Shown: positions 12,161 to 24,720 of the stretch, in pieces
Position numbering within the stretch: the stretch's first letter is position 1
Layout: each line of letters begins with the position of its first letter
Assembly (NCBI GenBank): GCA_964016885.1
Contig: OZ024744.1
Coordinates: 23,250,001-23,314,000, forward strand
DNA length: 64,000 nucleotides
DNA from: Eledone cirrhosa
Lineage: Eukaryota
Direction: 5' to 3'
Notes under the pieces: generated by a model
What the model was told of the DNA's origin: nothing
What the model saw: only the letters and a program-made list of their open reading frames with translations
Databases searched by the model: none
Translations under genes and position numbers: made by a program

Positions 12161-14159
12161 AACGAGTCAGTTCTTAAGATTCAACTGTTATTAAAACGAG
12201 TTTTATTTGAAGATTCAACTGTTGTTAAAACGAGTCAGTTCTTAAGGTTGAACTGTTTATAAAACGAGTCAGTTCTTACGATTCAACTGTTGTTAAAACG
12301 AGTTTTATCTTAAGATTCAACTGTTGTTAAAACGAGTTTATCTCAAGATTCAGCTGTCGTTAAAACGAATCAGTTCTTAAGATTCAACTGTTGTTAAAAC
12401 GAGTTTTATTTGAAGATTCAACTGTTGTTAAAATGAGTCCGTCCTTAAGGTTGAACTGTTGAGAAAACGAGTCAGTTCTTAAGAGTCAACTGTTGTTAAA
12501 ACGAGTTTTATCATAAGATTCAGCTGTTGTTAAAACGAGTCAGTTCTTAAGATTCAACTGTTGTTAAAACGAGTTTTATCTTAAGATTCAACTGTTATTA
12601 AAACGAGTTTTGTCTTAAGATTCAACTGTTGTTAAAACGAGTTTATCTTAAGATTCAGTTGTTGTTAAAACGAATCAGTTCTTAAGATTCAACTGTTGTT
12701 AAAACGAGTTTATTTGAAGATTCAACTGTTGTTAAAATGAGTCAGTTCTTAAGGTTGAACTGTTGATAAAACGAGTCAGTTCTTAAGATTCAACTGTTGT
12801 AAAACGAGTTTTATCTTAAGATTCAGCTGTTGTTAAAACGAGTCAGTTCTCAAGATTCAACTGTTGTTAAAACGAGTTTTATCTTAAGATTCAACTGTTA
12901 TTAAAACGAGTCAGTTCTTAAGATTCAACTGTTGTTAAAACGAGTTTTATCTTAAGATTCAACTGTTGTTAAACGAATCAGTTCTTATGATTCAACTGTT
13001 GTTAAAACGAGTTTTATTTGAAGATTCAACTGTTGTTAAAACGAGTCAGTTCTTAAGATTCAACTGTTGTTAAAACGAGTTTTATCTTAAGATTTAGCTG
13101 TTGTTAAAACGAGTCAGTTCTTAAGATTCAACTGTTGTTAAAACGAGTTTTATCTGAAGATTCACCTGTTGTTAAGACAAGTCAGTTCTTATGGTTGAAC
13201 TGTTGTTAAAACGAGTCAGTTCTTAAGATTCAACTGTTGTTAAAACGAGTTTTATCTTAAGATTCAACTGTTGTTAAAATGAGTTAGTTCTTAAGATTCA
13301 ACTGTTGTTAAAACGAGTTTTATCTTAAGATTCAACTGTTGTTAAAACGAGTCAGTTCTTAAGATTCAACTGTTGTTAAAACGAGTTTTATTTGAAGATT
13401 CAACTGTTGTTAAAACGGGTCAGTTCTTAAGGTTGAACTGTTGTTAAAACGAGTCAGTTCTTAAGATTCAACTGTTGTTAAAACGAGTTTTATCTAAAGA
13501 TTCAGCTGTTGTTAAAATGAGTCAGTTCTTAAGATTCAACTGTTGTTAAAACGAGTTTTATCATAAGATTCAACTGTTGTTAAAACGAGTCAGTTCTTAA
13601 GATTCAACTGTTGTTAAAACGAGCTTTATTTGAAGATTCAACTGTTGTTAAAACGAGTCAGTTCTTAAGGTTGAACTCTTGATAAGACGAGTCAGTTCTT
13701 AAGATTCAACTGTTGTTAAAACGAGTTTTATTTGAAGATTCAGCTGTTGTTAAAACGAGTCAGTTCTTAAGATTCAGCTGTTGTTAAAACGAATCAGTTC
13801 TTAAGATTCAACTGTTGTTAAAACGAGTTTTATCTTAAGATTTAGCTGTTGTTAAAACGAGTCAGTTATTAAGATTCAACTGTTGTTAAAACGAGTTTAT
13901 CTGAAGATTCACCTGTTGTTAAAACAAGTCAGTTCTCATGGTTGAACTGTTGTTAAAACGAGTCAGTTCTTAAGATTCAACTGTTGTTAAAACGAGTTTT
14001 ATCTTAAGATTCAACTGTTGTTAAAACGAGTTTATCTTAAGATTCAGCTGTTGTTAAAACGAGTCAGTTCTTAAGGTTGAACTGTTGATAAATCGAGTCA
14101 GTTCTTACGATTCAACTGTTGTTAAAACGAGTTTTATCTTAAGATTCAGCTGTTGTTAA

Positions 14160-17100
14160 AACGAGTCAGTTCTTAAGATTCAACTGTTGTTAAAACGAGT
14201 TTTATCTTAAGATTCAACTGTTGTTAAAACGAATCCGTTCTTAAGATTCAACTGTTGTTAAAACGAGTTTTATTTGAAGATTCAACTGTTGTTAAAATGA
14301 GTTAGTTCTTAAGGTTAAACTGTTGATAAAACGAGTCAGTTCTTAAGATTCAACTGTTGTTAAAACGAGTTTATCTTAAAATTCAGCTGTTGTTAAAACG
14401 AGTCAGTTCATAAGATTCAACTGTTGTTAAAACGCGTTTTATCTTAAGATTCAACTGTTGTTAAAACGAGTTTATCTTAAGATTCAGCTGTTGTTAAAAC
14501 GAGTCAGTTCTTAAGGTTGAACTGTTGATAAAACAAGTCAGTTCTTACGATTCAACTGTTGTTAAAACGAGTTTTATCTTAAGATTCAGCTGTTGTTAAA
14601 ACGAGTCAGTTCTTAAGATTCAACTGTTGTTAAAACGAGTTTTATTTGAAGATTCAACTGTTGTTAAAATGAGTCAGTTCTTAAGGTTGAACTGTTGATA
14701 AAACGAGTCAGTTTCTTAAGATTCAACTGTTGTTAAAACGAGTTTTATCTTAAGATTCAAATGTTATTAAAACGAGTCAGTTCTTAAGATTCAACTGTTG
14801 TTAAAACGAGTTTTATCTTAAGATTCAACTGTTGTTAAAACGAGTTTTATCTTAAGATTCAACTGTTGTTAAAACGAGTTTTATCTTAAGATTCAACTGT
14901 TATTAAAACGAATCAGTTCTTAAGATTCAACCGTTGTTAAAACGAGTTTTATTTGAAGATTCAACTGTTGCTAAAACGAGTCAGTTCTTAAGGTTGACCT
15001 GTTGATAAAACGAGTCAGTTCTTAAGATTCAACTGTTGTTAAAACTAGTTTTATCTTAAGATTCAGCTGTTGTTAACACGAGTCAGTTCTTAAGATTCAA
15101 CTGTTGTTAATACGAGTTTTATCTTAAGATTCAATTGTTGTTAAAACGAGTCAGTTCTTAAGATTCAACTGTTGTTAAAACGAGTTATATCTTAAGATTC
15201 AACTGTTGTTAAAACGAGTCAGTTCTTAAGATTCAACTGTTGTTAAAACCAGTTTTATTTGAAGATTCAACTGTTGTTAAAACGAGTCAGTTCTTAAGGT
15301 TGAACTGTTGATAAAACGAGTCAGTTCTTAAGATTCAACTGTTGTCAAAACGAGTTTTATCTTAAGATTCAACTGTTGTTAAAACGAGACAGTTCTTAAG
15401 ATTCAACGGTTGTTAAAACGAGACAGTTCTTAAGATTCAACTGTTGTTAAAACGAGTTTTATCTTAAGATTCAACTGTTGTTAAAATGAGTTTTATCATA
15501 AGATTCAACTGTTGTTAAAACGAGTCAGTTCTTAAGATTCAACTGTTGTTAAAACAAGTTTTATTTGAAGATTCAACTGTTGTTAAAACGAATCAGTTCT
15601 TAACATTCAACTATTGTTAAAACGAATTTTATCTTAAGATTCAACTGTTGTTAAAACGAGTTTTATCTTAAGATTCAACTGTTGTTAAAACGAGTTTTAT
15701 CTTAAGATTCAACTGTTGTTAAAACGAATCAGTTCTTAACATTTAACTGTTGTTAAAACGGGTTTTATTTGAAGATTCAACTGTTGCTAAAACGAGTCAG
15801 TTCTTAAGGTTGAACTGTTGATAAAACGAGTCAGTTCTTAAGATTCAACTGTTGTTAAAACTAGTTTTATCTTAAGATTTAGCTGTTGTTAACACGAGTC
15901 AGTTCTTAAGATTCAACTGTTGTTAATACGAGTTTTATCTTAAGATTCAATTGTTGTTAAAACGAGTCAGGTCTTAAGATTCAACTGTTGTTAAAACGAG
16001 TTATATCTTAAGATTCAACTGTTGTTAAAACGAGTCAGTTCTTAAGATTCAACTGTTGTTAAAACGAGTTTTATCTTAAGATTCAACTGTTGTTAAAATG
16101 AGTTTTATCATAAGATTCAACTGTTGTTAAAACGAGTCAGTTCTTAAGATTCAACTGTTGTTAAAACAAGTTTTATTTGAAGATTCAACTGTTGTTAAAA
16201 CGAATCAGTTCTTAACATTCAACTATTGTTAAAACGAATTTTATCTTAAGATTCAACTGTTGTTAAAACGAGTTTTATCTTAAGATTCAACTGTTGTTAA
16301 AACGAGTTTTATCTTAAGATTCAACTGTTGTTAAAACGAATCAGTTCTTAACATTCAACTGTTGTTAAAACGGGTTTTATTTGAAGATTCAACTGTTGCT
16401 AAAACGAGTCAGTTCTTAAGGTTGAACTGTTGATAAAACGAGTCAGTTCTTAAGATTCAACTGTTGTTAAAACTAGTTTTATCTTAAGATTTAGCTGTTG
16501 TTAACACGAGTCAGTTCTTAAGATTCAACTGTTGTTAATACGAGTTTTATCTTAAGATTCAATTGTTGTTAAAACGAGTCAGTTCTTAAGATTCAACTGT
16601 TGTTAAAACGAGTTATATCTTAAGATTCAACTGTTGTTAAAACGAGTTTTATCTTAAGATTCAACTGTTGTTAAAACGAGTCAGTTCTTAAGATTCAACT
16701 GTTGTTAAAACTAGTTTTATCTTAAGATTCAGCTGTTGTTAACACGAGTCAGTTCTTAAGATTCAACTGGTGTTAATACGAGTTTTATCTTAAGATTCAA
16801 TTTTTGTTAAAACGAGTCAGTTCTTAAGATTCAACTGTTGTTAAAACGAGTTTTATCTTAAGATTCAACTGTTGTTAAAACGAATCCGTTCTTAAGATTC
16901 AACTGTTGTTAAAACGAGTTTTATTTGAAGATTCAACTGTTGTTAAAATGAGTTAGTTCTTAAGGTTGAACTGTTGATAAAACGAGTCAGTTCTTAAGAT
17001 TCAACTGTTGTTAAAATGAGTTTATCTTAAAATTCAGCTGTTGTTAAAACGAGTCAGTTCTTAAGATTCAACTGTTGTTAAAACGCGTTTTATCTTAAGA

Positions 17101-18550
17101 TTCAGCTGTTGTTAAAACGAGTCAGTTCTTAAGGTTGAACTGTTGATAAAACAAGTCAGTTCTTACGATTCAACTGTTGTTAAAACGAGTTTTATCTTAA
17201 GATTCAGCTGTTGTTAAAACGAGTCAGTTCTTAAGATTCAACTGTTGTTAAAACGAGTTTTATTTGAAGATTCAACTGTTGTTAAAATGAGTCAGTTCTT
17301 AAGGTTGAACTGTTGATAAAACGAGTCAGTTTCTTAAGATTCAACTGTTGTTAAAACGAGTTTTATCTTAAGATTCAAATGTTATTAAAACGAGTCAGTT
17401 CTTAAGATTCAACTGTTGTTAAAACGAGTTTTATCTTAAGATTCAACTGTTGTTAAAACGAGTTTTATCTTAAGATTCAACTGTTGTTAAAACGAGTTTT
17501 ATCTTAAGATTCAACTGTTATTAAAACGAATCAGTTCTTAAGATTCAACCGTTGTTAAAACGAGTTTTATTTGAAGATTCAACTGTTGCTAAAACGAGTC
17601 AGTTCTTAAGGTTGAACTGTTGATAAAACGAGTCAGTTCTTAAGATTCAACTGTTGTTAAAACTAGTTTTATCTTAAGATTCAGCTGTTGTTAACACGAG
17701 TCAGTTCTTAAGATTCAACTGTTGTTAATACGAGTTTTATCTTAAGATTCAATTGTTGTTAAAACGAGTCAGTTCTTAAGATTCAACTGTTGTTAAAACG
17801 AGTTATATCTTAAGATTCAACTGTTGTTAAAACGAGTCAGTTCTTAAGATTCAACTGTTGTTAAAACCAGTTTTATTTGAAGATTCAACTGTTGTTAAAA
17901 CGAGTCAGTTCTTAAGGTTGAACTGTTGATAAAACGAGTCAGTTCTTAAGATTCAACTGTTGTCAAAACGAGTTTTATCTTAAGATTCAACTGTTGTTAA
18001 AACGAGACAGTTCTTAAGATTCAACGGTTGTTAAAACGAGACAGTTCTTAAGATTCAACTGTTGTTAAAACGAGTTTTATCTTAAGATTCAACTGTTGTT
18101 AAAATGAGTTTTATCATAAGATTCAACTGTTGTTAAAACGAGTCAGTTCTTAAGATTCAACTGTTGTTAAAACAAGTTTTATTTGAAGATTCAACTGTTG
18201 TTAAAACGAATCAGTTCTTAACATTCAACTATTGTTAAAACGAATTTTATCTTAAGATTCAACTGTTGTTAAAACGAGTTTTATCTTAAGATTCAACTGT
18301 TGTTAAAACGAATCAGTTCTTAACATTCAACTGTTGTTAAAACGGGTTTTATTTGAAGATTCAACTGTTGCTAAAACGAGTCAGTTCTTAAGGTTGAACT
18401 GTTGATAAAACGAGTCAGTTCTTAAGATTCAACTGTTGTTAAAACTAGTTTTATCTTAAGATTTAGCTGTTGTTAACACGAGTCAGTTCTTAAGATTCAA
18501 CTGTTGTTAATACGAGTTTTATCTTAAGATTCAATTGTTGTTAAAACGAG
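14160..18550 (+). repeat. Duplicated block at offset 2618-2651 bp, with an internal 612-bp (18-monomer) tandem duplication at ~15430-16640
   Basis: CGCG 14433/17084 (+2651). The 35-bp insertion monomer GTTTCTTAAG 14711/17329 and TGTCAAAA 15343/17961 recur at +2618 (77x34). CGGGTTTT 15759/16371 recurs at +612 (18x34). Confidence 0.82.
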
Positions 18551-21500
18551 TCAGTTCTTAAGCTTCAACTGTTGCTAAAACGAGTCAGTTCTTAAGGTTG
18601 AACTGTTGATAAAACGAGTCAGTTCTTAAGATTCAACTGTTGTTAAAACGAGTGTTATCTTAAGATTCAACTGTTGTTAAAACGAGTCAGTTCTTAAGAT
18701 TCAACTGTTGTTAAAACTAGTTTTATCTTAAGATTCAGCTGTTGTTAACACGAGTCAGTTCTTAAGATTCAACTGTTGTTAATACGAGTTTTATCTTAAG
18801 ATTCAATTGTTGTTAAAACGAGTCAGTTCTTAAGATTCAACTGTTGTTAAAACGAGTTATATCTTAAGATTCAACTGTTTTTCAAACGAGTTTTATCTTA
18901 AGATTCAACTGTTGTTAAAACGAGTCAGTTCTTAAGATTCAACTGTTGTTAAAAAGAGTTTTATTTGAAGATTCAACTGTTGTTAAAACGAGTCAGTTCT
19001 TAAGGTTGAACTGTTGATAAAACGAGTCAGTTCTTAAGATTCAACTGTTGTTAAAACGAATTTTATCTTAAGATTCAACTGTTGTTAAGACGAGTTTTTT
19101 CTTAAGATTCAACTGTTGTTAAAACGAGACAGTTCTTAAGATTCAACTGTTGTTAAAACGAGACAGTTCTTAAGATTCAACTGTTGTTAAAACGAGTTTT
19201 ATCTTAAGATTCAACTGTTGTTAAAATGAGTTTTATCATAAGATTCAACTGTTGTTAAAACGAGTCAGTTCTTAAGATTCAACTGTTGTTAAAACAAGTT
19301 TTATTTAAAGATTCAACTGTTGTTAACACGAGTCAGTTATTAAGTTTGCACTGTGGTTAAAACGAATCAGTTCTTAACATTCAACTATTGTTAAAACGAA
19401 TTTTATCTTAAGATTCAACTGTTGTTAAGACGAGTTTTATCTTAAGATTCAGCTGTTGTTAAAACGAGTCAGTTCTTAAGGTTGAACTGTTGATAAAACG
19501 AGTCAGTTCTTAAGATTCAACTGTTGTTAAAACGAGTTTTATCTTAAGATTCAACTGTTGTTAAAACGAGTCAGTTCTTAAGATTCAACTGTTGTTAAAA
19601 CGAGTTTTATTTGAGGATTCAACTGTTGTTAAAACGTGTCAGTTCTTAAGGTTGAACTGTTGATAAAACGAGTCAGTTCTTAAGATTCAACTGTTGTTAA
19701 AACGAGTTTTATCTTAAGATTCATCTGTTGTTAAAACGAGTCAGTTCTTAAGATTCAACTGTTGTTAAAACGAGTTTTATCTTAAGATTCAACTGTTGTT
19801 AAAACGAGTTTTATCTTAAGATTCAGCTGTTGTTAAAACGAGTTTATTTGAAGATTCAACTGTTGTTAAGATGAGTCAGTTCTTAAGGTTGAACTGCTGA
19901 TAAAACAAGTCAGTTCTTAAGATTCAACTGTTGTTAAAACGAGTTTTATCTTAAGATTTAGCTGTTGTTAAAACGAGTCAGTTCTTAAGATTCAACTGTT
20001 GTTAAAACGAGTTTATCTTAAAATTCAGCTGTTGTTAAAACGAGTCAGTTCTTAAGATTCAACTGTTGTTAAAACGAGTTTTATTTGAAGATGCAACTGT
20101 TGTTAAAACGAGTCATTTCTTAAGGTTGAACTGTTGATAAAACGAGTCAGTTCTTACGATTCAAATGTTGTTAAAACGAGTTTTATCTTAAGATTCAGCT
20201 GTTGTTAAAACGAGTAAGTTCTTAAGATTCAACTGTTGTTAAAACGAGTTTTATCTTACGACTCAACTGTTGTTAAAACGAGTTTATCTTAAGATTCAGC
20301 TGTTGTTAAAACGAATCAGTTCTTAAGATTCAACTGTTGTTAAAACGAGTTTTATTTGAAGATTCAACTGTTGTTAAAACGAGTCAGTTCTTAAGGTTGA
20401 ACTGTTTATAAAACGAGACAGTTCTTACGATTCAACTGTTGTTAAAACGAGTTTTATCTTAAGATTCAGCTGTTGTTAAAACGAGTAAGTTCTTAAGATT
20501 CAACTGTTGTTAAAACGAGTTTTATCTTAAGATTCAACTGTTGTTAAAACGAGTTTATCTTAAGATTCAGCTGTTGTTAACACGAATCAGTTCTTAAGAT
20601 TCAACTGTTGTTAAAACGAGTTTTATTTGAAGATTTAACTGTTGTTAAAATGAGTCAGTTCTTAAGGTTGAACTGTTGATAAAGCGAGTCAGTTGTTAAG
20701 ATTCAACTGTTGTTAAAACGAGTTTTATCTTAAGATTCAGCTGTTGTTAAAACGAGTCAGTTCTTAAGATTCAAATGTTGTTAACACGAGTTTTATCTTA
20801 AGATTCAACTGTTATTAAAACGAGTCAGTTCTTAAGATTCAACTGTTGTTAAAACGAGTTTTATCTTAAGATTCAAATGTTGTTAAAACGAGTTTTATCT
20901 TAAGATTCATCTGTTGTTAAACGAATCAGTTCTTATGATTCAACTGTTGTTAAAACGAGTTTTATTTGAAGATTCAACTGTTGTTAAAACGAGTCAGTTC
21001 TTAAGATTCATCTGTTGTTAAAACGAGTTTTATCTTAAGATTCAGCTGTTGTTAAAACGAGTCAGTTCTTAAGATTCAACTGTTGTTGAAACGAGTTTTA
21101 TCTTAAGATTCAACTGTTGTTAAAATGAGTTTTATCATAAGATTCAAATGTTGTTAAAACGAGTCAGTTCTTAAGATTCAACTGTTGTTAAAACTAGTTT
21201 TATCTTAAGATTCAGCTGTTGTTAACACGAGTCAGTTCTTAAGATTCAACTGTTGTTAATACGAGTTTTATCTTAAGATTCAATTGTTGTTAAAACGAGT
21301 CAGTTCTTAAGATTCAACTGTTGTTAAAACGAGTTATATCTTAAGATTCAACTGTTGTTAAAACGAGTCAGTTCTTAAGATTCAACTGTTGTTAAAACCA
21401 GTTTTATTTGAAGATTCAACTGTTGTTAAAACGAGTCAGTTCTTAAGGTTGAACTGTTGATAAAACGAGTCAGTTCTTAAGATTCAACTGTTGTCAAAAC

Positions 21501-24500
21501 GAGTTTTATCTTAAGATTCAACTGTTGTTAAAACGAGACAGTTCTTAAGATTCAACGGTTGTTAAAACGAGACAGTTCTTAAGATTCAACTGTTGTTAAA
21601 ACGAGTTTTATCTTAAGATTCAACTGTTGTTAAAATGAGTTTTATCATAAGATTCAACTGTTGTTAAAACGAGTCAGTTCTTAAGATTCAACTGTTGTTA
21701 AAACAAGTTTTATTTGAAGATTCAACTGTTGTTAAAACGAATCAGTTCTTAACATTCAACTATTGTTAAAACGAATTTTATCTTAAGATTCAACTGTTGT
21801 TAAAACGAGTTTTATCTTAAGATTCAACTGTTGTTAAAACGAATCAGTTCTTAACATTCAACTGTTGTTAAAACGGGTTTTATTTGAAGATTCAACTGTT
21901 GCTAAAACGAGTCAGTTCTTAAGGTTGAACTGTTGATAAAACGAGTCAGTTCTTAAGATTCAACTGTTGTTAAAACTAGTTTTATCTTAAGATTTAGCTG
22001 TTGTTAACACGAGTCAGTTCTTAAGATTCAACTGTTGTTAATACGAGTTTTATCTTAAGATTCAATTGTTGTTAAAACGAGTCAGTTCTTAAGCTTCAAC
22101 TGTTGCTAAAACGAGTCAGTTCTTAAGGTTGAACTGTTGATAAAACGAGTCAGTTCTTAAGATTCAACTGTTGTTAAAACGAGTGTTATCTTAAGATTCA
22201 ACTGTTGTTAAAACGAGTCAGTTCTTAAGATTCAACTGTTGTTAAAACTAGTTTTATCTTAAGATTCAGCTGTTGTTAACACGAGTCAGTTCTTAAGATT
22301 CAACTGTTGTTAATACGAGTTTTATCTTAAGATTCAATTGTTGTTAAAACGAGTCAGTTCTTAAGATTCAACTGTTGTTAAAACGAGTTATATCTTAAGA
22401 TTCAACTGTTTTTCAAACGAGTTTTATCTTAAGATTCAACTGTTGTTAAAACGAGTCAGTTCTTAAGATTCAACTGTTGTTAAAAAGAGTTTTATTTGAA
22501 GATTCAACTGTTGTTAAAACGAGTCAGTTCTTAAGGTTGAACTGTTGATAAAACGAGTCAGTTCTTAAGATTCAACTGTTGTTAAAACGAATTTTATCTT
22601 AAGATTCAACTGTTGTTAAGACGAGTTTTTTCTTAAGATTCAACTGTTGTTAAAACGAGACAGTTCTTAAGATTCAACTGTTGTTAAAACGAGACAGTTC
22701 TTAAGATTCAACTGTTGTTAAAACGAGTTTTATCTTAAGATTCAACTGTTGTTAAAATGAGTTTTATCATAAGATTCAACTGTTGTTAAAACGAGTCAGT
22801 TCTTAAGATTCAACTGTTGTTAAAACAAGTTTTATTTAAAGATTCAACTGTTGTTAACACGAGTCAGTTATTAAGTTTGCACTGTGGTTAAAACGAATCA
22901 GTTCTTAACATTCATCTATTGTTAAAACGAATTTTATCTTAAGATTCAACTGTTGTTAAGACGAGTTTTATCTTAAGATTCAGCTGTTGTTAAAACGAGT
23001 CAGTTCTTAAGGTTGAACTGTTGATAAAACGAGTCAGTTCTTAAGATTCAACTGTTGTTAAAACGAGTTTTATCTTAAGATTCAACTGTTGTTAAAACGA
23101 GTCAGTTCTTAAGATTCAACTGTTGTTAAAACGAGTTTTATTTGAGGATTCAACTGTTGTTAAAACGTGTCAGTTCTTAAGGTTGAACTGTTGATAAAAC
23201 GAGTCAGTTCTTAAGATTCAACTGTTGTTAAAACGAGTTTTATCTTAAGATTCATCTGTTGTTAAAACGAGTCAGTTCTTAAGATTCAACTGTTGTTAAA
23301 ACGAGTTTTATCTTAAGATTCAACTGTTGTTAAAACGAGTTTTATCTTAAGATTCAGCTGTTGTTAAAACGAGTTTATTTGAAGATTCAACTGTTGTTAA
23401 GATGAGTCAGTTCTTAAGGTTGAACTGCTGATAAAACAAGTCAGTTCTTAAGATTCAACTGTTGTTAAAACGAGTTTTATCTTAAGATTTAGCTGTTGTT
23501 AAAACGAGTCAGTTCTTAAGATTCAACTGTTGTTAAAACGAGTTTATCTTAAAATTCAGCTGTTGTTAAAACGAGTCAGTTCTTAAGATTCAACTGTTGT
23601 TAAAACGAGTTTTATTTGAAGATGCAACTGTTGTTAAAACGAGTCATTTCTTAAGGTTGAACTGTTGATAAAACGAGTCAGTTCTTACGATTCAAATGTT
23701 GTTAAAACGAGTTTTATCTTAAGATTCAGCTGTTGTTAAAACGAGTAAGTTCTTAAGATTCAACTGTTGTTAAAACGAGTTTTATCTTACGACTCAACTG
23801 TTGTTAAAACGAGTTTATCTTAAGATTCAGCTGTTGTTAAAACGAATCAGTTCTTAAGATTCAACTGTTGTTAAAACGAGTTTTATTTGAAGATTCAACT
23901 GTTGTTAAAACGAGTCAGTTCTTAAGGTTGAACTGTTGATAAAACGAGACAGTTCTTACGATTCAACTGTTGTTAAAACGAGTTTTATCTTAAGATTCAG
24001 CTGTTGTTAAAACGAGTAAGTTCTTAAGATTCAACTGTTGTTAAAACGAGTTTTATCTTAAGATTCAACTGTTGTTAAAACGAGTTTATCTTAAGATTCA
24101 GCTGTTGTTAACACGAATCAGTTCTTAAGATTCAACTGTTGTTAAAACGAGTTTTATTTGAAGATTTAACTGTTGTTAAAATGAGTCAGTTCTTAAGGTT
24201 GAACTGTTGATAAAGCGAGTCAGTTGTTAAGATTCAACTGTTGTTAAAACGAGTTTTATCTTAAGATTCAGCTGTTGTTAAAACGAGTCAGTTCTTAAGA
24301 TTCAAATGTTGTTAACACGAGTTTTATCTTAAGATTCAACTGTTATTAAAACGAGTCAGTTCTTAAGATTCAACTGTTGTTAAAACGAGTTTTATCTTAA
24401 GATTCAAATGTTGTTAAAACGAGTTTTATCTTAAGATTCATCTGTTGTTAAACGAATCAGTTCTTATGATTCAACTGTTGTTAAAACGAGTTTTATTTGA

Positions 24501-24720
24501 AGATTCAACTGTTGTTAAAACGAGTCAGTTCTTAAGATTCATCTGTTGTTAAAACGAGTTTTATCTTAAGATTCAGCTGTTGTTAAAACGAGTCAGTTCT
24601 TAAGATTCAACTGTTGTTGAAACGAGTTTTATCTTAAGATTCAACTGTTGTTAAAATGAGTTTTATCATAAGATTCAAATGTTGTTAAAACGAGTCAGTT
24701 CTTAAGATTCAACTGTTGTT
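17660..24720 (+). repeat. Tandem duplication, 3531-bp unit (104 monomers), 2 near-identical copies
   Basis: TGTCAAAA 17961/21492, AAGCTT 18560/22091, TTCAAACG 18881/22412, TTTGCACTGTGG 19345/22876 and TGTTGTTGAA 21081/24612 all recur at +3531, which equals 104x34-5. Confidence 0.93.
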
